Positions 1-12,425 of a DNA stretch of 64,000 bases are shown in pieces. The notes below the pieces were generated by a model that worked only from the letters and a program-made list of their open reading frames with translations, did no database searches and had not been told where the DNA came from. Positions within the stretch are counted from its first letter, which is position 1, and the number at the start of each line of letters is the position of its first letter. This DNA comes from Yuukianura sp. NJ FZ-2021 (Eukaryota): contig CM102290.1 of assembly GCA_046563655.1 (NCBI GenBank), forward strand, positions 14,818,001 to 14,882,000. The letters run 5' to 3'. A program made the position numbers and the translations under genes.

Positions 1-3000
1 GGATTGACTCGTTTACAGACTCAGGTACACAAAAGTAGTCCACGTCCATGTCCAAACCACTTTTAAGTACCTTTTTCAGTCACTTTTTAAAGCGCGAGTG
101 AAAAAAACAGGATAAGGCACGCAGACGTCGTAACGTGCGCGTAAAACTTAACGTTTTGTGGACGTAAATACTGGAGAGACGTAAAAGTTTTTACGAATTT
201 ACGTAAACGCCATTTTACGTTTCTGCAAACTCCAATGTCTTCTGAACACTGTTCTGTTTTGGATATGATTCAACAACGCAAGTTTTCCAAACTCTGCATT
301 TTCAAAAAAAAAGTTGTTGAATCATTTTTGGAAATTTTTTTGATTTTTACGAAAAGTGTGGAGACGTTGGAGTTAAAACTGACCAAATGAATTCAAGAGA
401 CAACGGGATTTTAGTGCCCCAGCTTTTCAAGCAAATTTTTTTCTCCCTTTAAAACTATCAAATTTTGAAAAAATGCAAAATAAAGTTATTTTTCCCTCTT
501 TTTCTATTCTGGACTCTGGGAATTTCCAAACTAAAAGCTAAAGCTTCACAAAAACTTTTCCTGTTCTTTGCTAAAAAGCGACTTGGGCGAAGGAGTCTGT
601 TTTTATTTTTCGTAAAATGTGACAGAGTTGGGGTGGACATTGTTGGACATGGTCCATGGTCCACCTATGTCCACTTCCGTCTTGTCACAGTGCCATTGTC
701 CACAGAAGTTTGTCTAATTTTGACTATTTCCTAAGTGTTGGTTAGTAGACATGGATTTTAACTGAGCTTGTGGGGCGTCTTCTCCTTTATACTAGCTGTT
801 AGCCCTTGCGACTTCTCCTCTCTGAACCTCCTTGACCTCTGACCTCACTCTGACCCCTGACCTTCTCGTGACACAGGATGCCCAAGGTCAACTTGTTCCT
901 AAGTGGTCACCCGCAACTTTGTGCAACTCTTGGGGAAGGAGGTGGGGAGGTCGCAGTTTTGAAAAGGAGAAACTGGCTGGTTCCTCCACCTCCCCCCACC
1001 CCACCCCTCACCCCCCTCTTTAATCTCTTCTTTCCTCTGACCTCTCTGTGTCTCTATGTCTCTTTCAGTAGTTTTGTTGTCTACTCTTCACCCCCCACCA
1101 CCCACGTTTTGCCACCCCCACCTCACAACCCCCCTTTTTTATCCAGGAACTTTATCTTCTTTATCTCTTTATTTATCTCTTACCTAAACCCCCTCTCATC
1201 TGTCTCTGCTGGGAATATCCAGCCCTTGGTCTCTTTTAAGTATCTCTTTCTCTCTTTTCTCTTTACCTTTTTTTTATCTCGTTATTTCTTTTTCTGTACC
1301 TTTTTTATCTCGATATTGACCACTTTACCTCTCTTATCTCTATCACTGTACCCATCTTATATCTTTCTTTTCACCTCTCTTATCTCTTTCTCTTTACCCC
1401 TCTTATCTCTTTCTCTTCACCTATCTTATCTCTTTCTCTTCACCTATCTTTTCTCTTTCTCTTTACCTCTCTTATCTCTTTATCGTATTTTCTCTCACTT
1501 TTTCGTACTCTTTCTCTTTGTATCTCAACTACTCTTTTTCTCTGATTCTCTCGTGCCTGCCTTTGTTGGGCGTTGAGTTGAATGGAACAGCAGCTATCTG
1601 TTGCTTTTTATAAATCGCTGATTCTCAAATGGAATCATTCCTCTCTGCTCTCTGTTACTTGTAGGCGCTTTTGAGTTTGGAATGAAATCGTGATTCCAAC
1701 TCGGTTGCTTTATTGTTAAAAAGTGAGGTGAAACTTGGGAGACGCAGGGAATTGCCAGCTCAAGTCCTGCTTCTTTCGTTTAAAGGTCAAAAGTCATTTA
1801 GCATCTCTTTTTACGTGCTGGGGAACCTCTCTCTCTCGTATACTTTTTAGAAAAAATTGCAAAAAGCTCCAGCCTTCCACTCTCCTTCGCCAATTTCCTT
1901 CAGATTTTTAACTTTTTGAAAAAAAAGCAATAGTTTTTGTACATAGTTTTGCAGCGCTAACTAAAATTTTGTTTTTGAATTTTGATTTCGAGAACCTTTT
2001 TGCCTCGTACAAGCAAAGGAGCAGCGGTTTTTGACTTTTTGCTGTGTCTCTCATAACTTCATCCTAAAAAGCTTCTCATGAGCACGCTTTGACTCCTGCC
2101 ATTGCATGACCTTGGATGACCTTGAATTTGACCTTTGACCTTGTAGCCTTGAGCAGTTTGAGCTTGTGGGGGTGCCTTCACTCTATGACGGGGGTCCCTT
2201 TGTGTCCCCTTCTCTGTTCATTGGTGATTTATGGAGGTGGTTTAACACTGTGTTTAACACTTGAGTGTTTAACACTTTGCTTAAAAAACACTGAAATTTG
2301 AGCACTAAAACTCAATTTCTGCTTGCTTTGACCTCTGACCTCTGTGAAACTCTACTCTCTCTACTCATATGTTCATCTGTGAAGTTATTTCTGACTCTCT
2401 CTTATGGTTGTTTCATATAAGGGATCCATGCCATGGGCCCTTAAGTGTCCTCTCTCTCATCATTATGTGCATGAATGTGTTTTTTTGAAAAACGAGTTTC
2501 AAACATTTCAAATTTTCCATCCCTTCCAACTCACACTTTGACTAAAAAGTTTCAAAATGACTCACTTTTTGTACTTCCTTCAAAAAAACATTGAACAAAA
2601 ACAAAATTCCAAAATTCCGTGTGTGTTTTTTTTTTCGTGTGTGATTGACCGATTCTTCCAGATTTTTTCCGTTCCTTGGCTTTGATTATCGTAGTGGATC
2701 GGCTCAGTTTTTCAAAAAAAAAATTTGGGTTTTCAAAATTTTGTTTCTTTTGGGTTTTTTAATTATAGTTCGCTTTGGTTTCTTTTTGGTTTTTCGGGTT
2801 TAGGGCTTTCGTTTTTTTTATTTTTTTTATTTTTTTTTGGTTTTTCGAAAATGCTTTTTGTTTTGCTTTGATTCGTTGCTTGTTTGACTTTGATTTCGGC
2901 CCCGTAGTCGCTCCCTTAAAAAAAAAGCTGAAAATGAAAACTTGAGTTTAGTTTAGAAAAATCTTTGTTTGAAGCTGAGGATTCCGTTGTCACGATGGGT

Positions 3001-3202
3001 CCATTTGTGTGGGTTTGATTTTTTTTAATTTGTGTTTTTTATGATTTCTAAAAATTTGATTTTTTGACAATTTGATTTGTGAGAAGTTTATGATTTTGGT
3101 GCTGCCTAGTTGAGTTAGGGGTTATGGATTGGATCGAGGGATAAATTTTGAATTTACGCGCCTGTTTCCTCATGCCTCGTCCCATGTCCCTTTCTTTTGC
3201 AG

Positions 3203-3559
3203 TTGAGAGTGATCAGGGCCTTCAAGTCCACCCTCGAAGACTTGGAAGAGAAGAGAAGTGTGCACAGTCTGCACAGCCTCCACAGTCTGCGCAGTTCCCG
3301 AAGTCACCCTGGACCACGCCCCCTCTCCGACATCACGTACATTGACGAAGACCCGGCCAAGACCCCCTCCCCCCTCGCAGAGGGACTTAAGGGCTCCTCC
3401 GCCCACCCCTTCAAAAACAACACTGCCGCAGAAGAGAAGAAGGGGGTGAGGTGGTCGCAGGAACCAGCCAATCAGAGAACGACGCTCAGTCCGCATCGAC
3501 ATCTCAACAAAACTGTACTGCCAGATCTACCGGAAGTGGTCCATGAGACGAGCATCTAA
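3203..3559 (+). CDS. PMCA: Plasma-membrane Ca2+-ATPase, alternative terminal exon A (splice site C); the rest of the gene lies upstream of the window
   Basis: Acceptor tttcttttgcag, then phase-0 LRVIRAFKSTLEDLEEKRSVHSLHSL..., which matches the C-terminal half of the insect PMCA calmodulin-binding domain. Ends in ETSI* (class I PDZ ligand). AATAAA near 4298 and 4726. Confidence 0.88.
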   Translation: MRVIRAFKSTLEDLEEKRSVHSLHSLHSLRSSRSHPGPRPLSDITYIDEDPAKTPSPLAEGLKGSSAHPFKNNTAAEEKKGVRWSQEPANQRTTLSPHRHLNKTVLPDLPEVVHETSI

Positions 3560-5069
3560 GATCAGCTGATTTCCGTACCCCCGAACCCCCCACGGGGAAC
3601 CCCTCTTCTTGTCTTCCTCCCCCTCCCACCCACCTCCTAAATTTAGAAACCCCCCAAGGGGTCACTAGGACCCCTGTCTAACCTTTGACCTCACTTTATT
3701 ACTCCCAAGAGTCCTCCGCAATAAACTCAAAACAAGGTGCTCTTTCTCTCTTCAAAGCAATTCCAAAGTTACCGCCATTTTATTGCATGCTCACCTCTTA
3801 CCATACTCGTACATTATACACTCTTGTTACTTACTCATCATCCCCACCGAAAAAAACTTTTGCTGTCACCTGGTCGCGAACCCGCGGCCACGGAAAAAGT
3901 GAGTTTTTTGGGTAGATTTTTGAGGCTGAGGCTGTTTTTCTCCTTATAAAAATTAATTGCAAGTTTGAAAATTAAGGTTCGTGGGTTGACCCCCCCTCCC
4001 CTGTTTTACCCCCACCCCACCTTTTGCCAATTGCTCACATTCACTTTATGCACTCCCTGCATGTTACACTTTACTACCTTAAGTGCCACGCCCCCTAGAC
4101 TCCAGGGTCTGCGTCACTCCGTGTCCGGCACGCCTCTGCTGGCTTGTTTAAAAAACCACTTTTTTAGAAAAACGGTTTAGAACAAGAGTTTGGCGGGCAT
4201 TTTGGAACGTGCGTTGGACTTTTTGGACAGAAGAACGGGACTGATGAGGACTTGGACACTTCTGCCATCTATGCTCACGTTACACACGATTACTAGGAAA
4301 TAAAGTTGTTATGGCGGGGCTAATACTTCAAAACCCACCTTTAGTACTTGTTAAAACTTCATTTTTTTAAAAAAGTTAAAATTTAAAAGAGAGAAAGTTT
4401 TAAAAAGCGTGTGCTTTGGAGTTTGCACCATACGCGCTTTTGGCTTTCAAAACTTGATTGTTGTTTGCGTTGATTTTTTTGGTTTTTTTTTCTCTGGGTT
4501 GCATCACGATTGGAAAAAAAAATTCCCGCGAAAACGTTTTTGGAAGACGAAAAAACGTTTTCCGTCCCACAGACGGATTCTAAGAGCGTGAACTTGTAAT
4601 AACCACAATGTTTTTTTTTAAATGGTTTTAAAAAATGTTGTTTTGAAAACACTGCACTACTGTTGACCCAGTGTGTCTTAAATGAACATTGCATCACAAC
4701 TCACTCTAAATCACGTTGAACTTTAATAAAATTCATTCTTATTCCCTCTATATTTTCTGTGTCTTTTTATAAACAACTTAACTCTTCTTCTCTTTCCTAT
4801 GTCTTTCTATACAAATCCACTTTTGAACTTTACCGCCACTTTTAACCACACTTTTTCACTTACTACCACCTTACCACCTAACCACCTTCTTCTCTGACTC
4901 CCTAATGTTAACTAACTTATACTCTGTCAACTTAATAACATTGAATCAATATACTCTTTTTAGTAGGCTAAAACTACTAATTTATAGACTCTGGTTACAA
5001 CTGATCAATACAAAATCACTAACTCACCTCATAGTACTTTTCGTACAATAAATTTCAGCTAACCTTCTT

Positions 5070-5187
5070 GTTATTGTTTTAAAAAAATCAGGCGCTTGTT
5101 ATTGTTTTAAAAAAATTAAGTGGTTGTTATTGTTTTAAAAAAATCAGGCGGCCTAGATTCTTTTGTTCTAAAAAAAACAGGTGGTTT
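5070..5187. repeat. Minisatellite, about 28-bp unit x4 (gttattgttttaaaaaaatcaggcg-like)
   Basis: Direct tandem copies visible; the last copy is degenerate. Confidence 0.8.
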
Positions 5188-5622
5188 AACTAATATGTAA
5201 ATTCAAATGTGTAAAACCAGAATTATTCTTTCCTTGACTAAATTTCGAATTTAGCCGCTGTGCAAGAAACACGTTTTAGTTTAACAAAAAGTTGTTGACC
5301 AAGTTGCTGTTGACACATTTGCATTGACATTGTTGTTGCTTACGAGATGATCTCCCGTTTATCCACTTTTTTTCCGCATGATTTGAATTTAAGTTTGGAA
5401 AATACTTTCACTTGAGACGTTGGTCAGAGGAAAGTTTTGTTTTTTTGAAAACCCTTGAGAGCTGCGCCACAAAAGAGACGTTTGACCTTGTCCTGACCTT
5501 TGACCTTGACCTTGTCCTGCCCTTTGACCTTGCGCCTTCGTGTATAGTTTGTAGGTTTGTCTATTTTGAAGAAACTGTTCACTATGTTGAATTCTGACCG
5601 CACTTGCCCTTTGGTGTGAAAG

Positions 5623-5691
5623 GTCATTGGCGGTGAGTTGCAAGAGAGATTGATCCCGGTCCCCTACAGCAAGAGTTCCACAGATCAAGCT
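5623..5691 (+). CDS. PMCA: PMCA 69-nt cassette exon
   Basis: aag|GTC...GCT|gtaagc, phase 0/0. Encodes VIGGELQERLIPVPYSKSSTDQA, nearly identical to the Drosophila PMCA cassette insert as I recall it. Confidence 0.88.
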
Positions 5692-8600
5692 GTAAGCTCC
5701 TTTTACTCCTTCCATCTATATGTCTAATTATAAGAACTTTTACGGTATTTTTACTTCACTTTCTGTCTTTTCAGTATTTTCCCATTTACTTTTACACTTT
5801 TTAGTTTTTTTGATTCGGTTGACCTCTAGAGGTCAACTTGTGCACGGATTTTGACACGGCGGGAAACCCGTGTTGAATCACCTTGCTTAAAACTAGCCTC
5901 TTGTACAAATTGTCTTTTGCCTTAGTAGTCACATCTCGTACATTTTGTTCATCTTGTACATTTTGTACATCTTGTACATTTTTCAGTTGCAACTTTAGGC
6001 GAAAATGCACAACTCAACGGTCTTGTGCACTGCAACCACGTGAGCACTGAAAGCACAAGTTGTGCTGCACTGGCTAATATAATTGGTTGAAGTACGGCGG
6101 TGCAGTTGTGCACATTTTTCCTGCAACTATACACAGTTTGTGAACATTGAGCACAAGCAGCCGTACTTCAACCAAATTTTTTTCACTGTGTTCCTGTCCG
6201 TTGTCTTTGCAGTTTCGCCTTTGTACTTTTTAGTGGTGTGAAGGATTTGTTGTAGATGAATTTTTTTTGAAAAGCTTGGAAGCCAATGAACTGCTTCTCA
6301 AATTTGGTAGAAAAGAAATTTTTTGTTTTTAGAAAATTTTGGTTTCGAATTTTTAGAATTTGTTATTATTACGAATTTCGTTTTCTTTTTCGGTTGAGGC
6401 TTCAAACGCTTTTAGAAGTTTGAAAAAAACGAAAGCTTTAGAAAATTACCTTCCAACTCGTTGTTTAAGCTGGGAAAATTTAATGTCATTTTAAAAATGG
6501 AAAAATTTTCTGAACAAAAAATTTCAGTTTTTTACTTTACCCACCACTTTATACTGTGAGGTTGGGCCGTTAGTTGACCCTATGACCTCTCCCTTTCTCC
6601 TTTCTCTGAAATGCTAAATGAAATTTCAAAAAACAAAAAACTTTTTACACAAATTTTGAAAAAAATTTAAAACAAAAAAAAGAGAGGACATTGCGGTGCT
6701 GTCGAGTTGGGAGGGGTGATTTGAGACGTTATTATCCAATTTCCGTACTTTTGATTTGATTCGTTTCGTTCCGTTGAGCTGCACTTGGTTATACATTCCT
6801 CTTATGTTATGGATTATTTATTATTATATAATTATTATTTATATTATTTAAATATAAATAAGTTGTATTTTAAAAAGTATCGGTGCATGACCAGTGCCTA
6901 GTTGTGCTTTGAGAAACAAGTGAGAGAAGTCGTTGGACCACGGAAACTCAACTCCAAAAAGATAAAAGTAGTGACTTTTTAGTATACTTTTGAAGTAGAC
7001 GAGTGGTAGTTCACTTGTGACCATGCAGGAGACAGGTCAGCGTTGGGTCAGGTCAGCGACTGACCTTTGACCTTCAACTCTGACCGTCTCCTGACCATTG
7101 TATGACCATTATGTCGCCATGGCAATTTGGTGACCTCCTCACCCACCACTGCGCCACCTTCATTTTGTCCTCTTAATAGTTGAACGTAGTTTGTTAGTTT
7201 GTGCCCACCAAAAATCATTACTCAAACTACACTGTAATGAACATTAGAAGTAGAAATTCATACGTTTTCAAACACACCGCCTTTTCCTAGTGGCTAGATA
7301 CGACTCTTGGCTTTTTTAAAAATTTAGAACAAAACACAGTTCAAGATCCCGCTAGTTGGCATTACCACCTTTCTTAACCACGCCCACCGTTTTCACAAAA
7401 AAAAAGTAGTACAAGATTTTGATTCACAAATTTTGAATTTGGAAATGTAACGTTTTAGAATTTGTTGATAAAATTTATCAAAATTTAATACTAACATTGT
7501 CTATGATTTGAAAATTTTTCTTAGTTTTCGGTTTGAGTACGACGGACAAATGTAAGCCGTACTGCAACTATTTAGTATTTTGAAATATTACAATTTTCAC
7601 TATTCAAAAATGTCCAAAATTTAGTAAAATGTTATAAGATGTTGCATTTGAAAAAGAAAATTTGTGAAACGAAAGACAAAACTGATTTTGGTTACATTTT
7701 TTAGTTTTTTCAACGGAAGGCAGTATTTTTACTCTTGTATTACAAGAGCCTGTAGTTAATAAGTCTCACTTTAAATTTTTTTAATGAGCAAAATTTTGAA
7801 AAATTTGAATTTCAAGTTGTTGTTTTTTTTACACCACGACTTCAAATGGGTTAACGGTGTGGTGGCGAAGCTGAAATATTTTTTGGTGCTTAAGTGTGAA
7901 CCCAGATTTTCTATTATAAAATGCAACGTGAGAATTTCATATTAGTTTAACTATAAATTATATATTATTTTAAATGTAACTGAATTATATGTACTTTAGT
8001 GGTCTTTTGAATGAAAGGCAGTTATAGTAGAAAGTTTGGGTCCACGCTGTAGTCTGCTTCAATTTGTTTCTTGGTTCAAAATGAAAATTTTTTCTTTTGT
8101 TCATGAGAAAATTTTGAAACTGAAATTAATTTCAGTTGCTAATTTTATTTTCCGAGCTTCAAAAAAACTCTTTGTTTAATTTTTTTTCTTTTGCTTTCAG
8201 GTATATTTAACAGCAAATAAGTTTTGTTTTCGTTTTTCATAATTTGTTTTCTCCGCGATTACTTTTCACTTTGAAACTGTACAACGTTGCAGTTTTTATA
8301 AACTATGACATAAGGTGCAAAGTTTTTTCATAATTTAAAAAAAAATGATTTTCAGAAAACTTTTTTTAAAAAAAATTAAAAAAAAGAAAAGCAAACATCT
8401 CACTACAAATTTCATTCTGAGACGATATTTTATCAACGATTTCAAACAAATTTGCACCTTATGTCTGTACGTGCTTCAACTTTGAGTTGAATTTTTGCGT
8501 TTATACTGGAAATTTTTGAGTTTGTATTTCAAAATTTTGAGTTTTTGGCCTAAAACAAGAAATTGACAAGATTGTCGTGATGACGCTGATGACCTTCGTT

Positions 8601-9297
8601 GGGTAAGCCACAACAGGTCGAGGTCAACACTTTAGGCGGGATCTTGACACAACGCAAACTAATACACAACGTTTTTAGTAGGTTGAGAAACGTTAGGTGT
8701 AGCACATGTTTACGTCATAAAAACGTTTTGATAGAACCGTCTTTACGTGTTTAGCCGTGTACGTGTACATTTCCAAAAACGTTTTCCCCAGTAACGTGTT
8801 TCGTTCTGCAAACGTTTTTCCTCCAACATGCCATGGTCCATTGGTGAAAGTAGTTTTTAGAAGGGAGGGAAAGCTGAGTTTTGATTGGTCCAAATGACTT
8901 CTCGGCAGAGTACGGCAAAAGGCCAGTTGAGTGGACTGGATTTTTGCTCTTCTTGTCACTTGTTACGATCTTTGTCACCGTTTGAGCCGCAGCCTTAGTG
9001 ATACTCAACAGAGCTGATTTATAATACGGCATGCTTGGCTGTCCATCAGAGTGGCTGGGTGTTCTGTTTTTTAAGCCGTTTACAATTTCTCTTCTTCTTT
9101 AAGGTGTTTCGTTTCTCTGTTTGTCAAAACTGTTTTTATTACAGCGTTATTCTTTACAAAATTACAAAGTTTTACAGAATTGTTACATATTTGATTTTGT
9201 TGACTTGTTTGATGTGGCCATATTTGTCTCTCGTAATGTTATTACTTGAGGAGTGCCACTGGGGCGACTGGAGAAAGTAATTTTTGAACTTGGTTAG

Positions 9298-9354
9298 GCT
9301 GCACGGATTGGGCAACTGATTGGGGAAACGGGAAAGAAGGGCAAGCCGACCGAG
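9298..9354 (+). CDS. Putative additional 57-nt PMCA cassette microexon
   Basis: ttag|GCT...GAG|gtaaat, phase 0/0, open frame AARIGQLIGETGKKGKPTE, 105 nt upstream of terminal exon B. No homologue recognised. Confidence 0.45.
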
Positions 9355-9459
9355 GTAAATCAGCTCTGTTGTTGTCCTGGTCTGCCCTCGACAGAGTTGA
9401 CCTTTTGGTGTTGATCTAACGACGTTGTGGACTTTTTTGTCCTTCTGATTCCCTCACAG

Positions 9460-9675
9460 ATCCGGGTCGTAAATGCCTTTCGGCAGGGTCTGGACACGCG
9501 GTTCGGGGAACGCAGTAATCCCTCCATAGCTGCAGTGCTCCAGAAACAAGCCTCTCTCAGCAAACGCCTGTCTCAAACATCCTCCATCGAATACGCTGAC
9601 AACTACCCCTACGAAGTCTCAGTCCCCGAGTTTGAAAGACTTTCGTCCAGGAGTCACACGGAAACTGCTGTTTAG
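9460..9675 (+). CDS. PMCA: PMCA alternative terminal exon B
   Basis: ccctcacag| then IRVVNAFRQGLD...LSKRLSQTSSIEYADN...RLSSRSHTETAV*, the typical insect PMCA C-terminus with PDZ ligand ETAV. Confidence 0.92.
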   Translation: MRVVNAFRQGLDTRFGERSNPSIAAVLQKQASLSKRLSQTSSIEYADNYPYEVSVPEFERLSSRSHTETAV

Positions 9676-9789
9676 CCCCCTCCTGCCCCCCTCACCCCTC
9701 TTAACCCCTCACGGGTCATGTGACTCGGCTACCACGTCCCCTGTCCCCGCAACACTCTCAGACGCAAGGCCTACACTTCCATTTACATT

Positions 9790-10030
9790 CATCAGCTGAT
9801 CGGTCGTCTACAGCTGATAACTACTCTTCATCGGCTGATCGGTCGTCTACAGCAGATAACTAGTCAGTCTCATCAGCTGATCAGTCGACAACAGCTGATA
9901 ACTAGTCCTCATCAGCTGATCAGTCGCCAACGGCTGATAACTAGTCAGTCTCATCAGCTGATCAGTCAGTCGTCAAGAATTCGTTGAACATCAGCTGACT
10001 ATAGTCCGACGTCAACAGCTGATCCTAGTC
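9790..10030. repeat. Degenerate tandem repeat (about 40-bp unit) rich in ATCAGCTGAT/CAGCTG, in the PMCA 3' UTR
   Basis: catcagctgatc(g/a)gtcg..acagctgataacta repeated about 5-6 times. Confidence 0.85.
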
Positions 10031-11959
10031 CACCACTTGAAGAATCAAACAAGGCCTATGGTTTTCAGTAACTCACTTTTACTCTGTTTGGTTACTATTT
10101 TCTCCGTGGCAGCACCTCCACAGTTTACTCACTTTTCCATTTTACTTTATGCGTAATAACCACGGTTTATTGGCCTGCACTCCCTTTCCCTCTTCTAGCC
10201 AATCACCGTCAACGCTAACGCCGCCGTCATCGTCGTCATTGTGGGCTGCTCAGAACTCCTGGCGTCAAGAAGGCCTTTTGTCTCAACGTTCTTAATCACT
10301 GCCAAAGTTTACGCAAGAGTTGCGACCTTCTGGCCCCACCAACGCTGGTGGGGCAACGACGAGCCCCACCATGGTGGCGCTACTCTGTTTGCCCCATCGT
10401 TGCAAGGCCAACCACCATTTAATCCATCTTTTCAAAGGTCAACTTAAAATTTGCGAGTGTGGAACGGGCTGCGGAGGCCTTTGTGATTTCTGATTTATCT
10501 TAGATTTAGCCAGTGACAAAAGTGTTTTTGCGGATCTTTGACATTTCCACTGACTAATTCAATTTACATGTCTCAAAAAGACAATTTACTGTTTGCACTT
10601 GTCAGTTCTGCGCACAGAGTCATGACCTCCGCCATTTTGTTGCATAACTTCACACATTTTCAACGGATTTTGAGTTCAGAATCTTAACTCTGCTCAACTT
10701 TGAGCCGTTTCTCATCAGACTTTTAAGAAAAGTGAGACGAAGGTGCTAAAAAGAGTAGTAAAAAGTGATGCTTAGAGGTCAAAGATCATGAAAAGAATAG
10801 AGCCAGGACCGTGATAAAAAAAAACCAAGACAAGAGTGTTAAAGTTAACAAATTTTAAAAAGTAGGAGAGGGAGGAGTCATGTCTGTTTTTTGAAAAAGT
10901 TAAGCAGGAATTACAAAATTAAAAAAAAGTCAAAATTCTAAATTTAAAGTCCCGGAGTGAGCCTGCGGTTACTAAGTTACGGTGTGTTGAATTCAAAATT
11001 CTTCCTGTCCTTGCCATAAGTGTTTGAACGGAGGGGGCAAAGGTCAGCGGAGGTCGTTGACCTTTGACCTTGAAAAACCAAACCTAGTCTTTTTGCTCTC
11101 CAGTTTCAAAACTGACGAGAACTTTTATGCACTTGTACCTAAAACTAAACCGAAAACGTTTAAATCCTTGTTCTTAACCTAATCTTTGCGATAGTTAAAT
11201 TTTCCCGACTCTTAAACATTGTCATCTCAAGATCCATGTTTTTCAAAACATTTTTGGAAAATTGCATTTTATGTTTTTGATTACTTAAAATTTATAAATT
11301 CTTGCCATTATTCGATTCGTTACAAACGAAAAAGTTGATTGTAGAAAATTTTCTTTTCAAATTTAAAAAAATTTTTCCATCTGCTACGAAAATGTAATTG
11401 AAAATGCCTTTTGTTTCTGAAATTGTAACAAGGATTCTGATTGGATGTTGAAATTGTAACAAGGATTCTGATTGGATCTTGAGATGACATTCCACAGGTC
11501 ACTTCTTAACATGAAACTCGGAGAAAAGAGTTAACAAAAATTCAAATTCATTTAGTTCTAACAAACGTACGGTGTAAAGGTCAAGGTCAAGTGAAAAAAA
11601 GCACAGACGATGTCATAAGTTAGACTTTTTTAATTAACTTACACAATTAATCATCTCTCACACACAATTCACAATACACACCTTTTTTTTTTAAATCCAG
11701 TTTTCGAAAATAAACATTAAAAATTTAGAACTTGGAAAATTTTAGTTTCCAGCTCATCACAAAATCCTCCCGCCATAAAAATCCCGCACAACTTTTCATT
11801 TTGTACATTTCCTTTATTAAAAGTCAAAATCTCACAAAAAGTGCAAATTAATTAGTTAATTGTGAATTAACTAAAATGTTACCAATCACAAAATTGTTGT
11901 TTAGGTTGACCATGCTACCTTTCTTTGTGCAATATTGGTGCAGTGACCTCGGTTGACCC

Positions 11960-12425
11960 CGGACAATGACCCCGAAAGGTCAATGACCTCCAAAGTGCTT
12001 AGTAATTTATTAAGTTCATGTGATCCTTTTAGCTTAAATCTTAGTTTAAAGAAAAACTAAAAACTTTCTGCAAAAATTGTTCACACGCGTACAACAATAC
12101 ATGTTATATTACATTTGTTAATCCTTGAAAACCTTTTATTTGTTAACTTGACAATATCATATGTACTTTTACATTGTGAACTGAAGTCCCCCTCCCCCTT
12201 AAGTTCCCCCCTTGAAGGGGGCCCTTGAAGTACCCTCCAACAATGTTTAGTCCTCCCTTGACATCCTCATTGTCTCAGCGTTTTCCATCTCTTCCTTGCT
12301 TCAACTTCACTTTTTTCCATTTTCCTAATAATAAACATAATAAGAGGAGGATGGGCGTGCGCAGGGGGCGGTGGTCCAAGGTTGGGCTCCAACTTGACCT
12401 TTGACCCCGAAAGGTCATTGACCTC
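11960..12425. promoter_or_regulatory. Two perfect nuclear-receptor IR-1 palindromes (EcRE-type) with adjacent half-sites
   Basis: AGGTCAaTGACCT at 11977-11989 and AGGTCAtTGACCT at 12412-12424; DR1 TGACCTtTGACCC at 12395-12407. Confidence 0.45.

Noticed and set aside
877..1023. Possible extra PMCA terminal exon (acacag|DAQGQLVPKW...)
   Set aside because: The acceptor is plausible, but there is no recognisable homology and the frame runs into low-complexity C-tracts.
878..1576. 232-aa hydrophobic ORF
   Set aside because: Artefact of a CT/TATCT-rich low-complexity tract (F/L/S bias).
9790..10030. CRISPR-like appearance of palindromic repeats
   Set aside because: No unique spacers of constant length, no cas genes, eukaryotic context.
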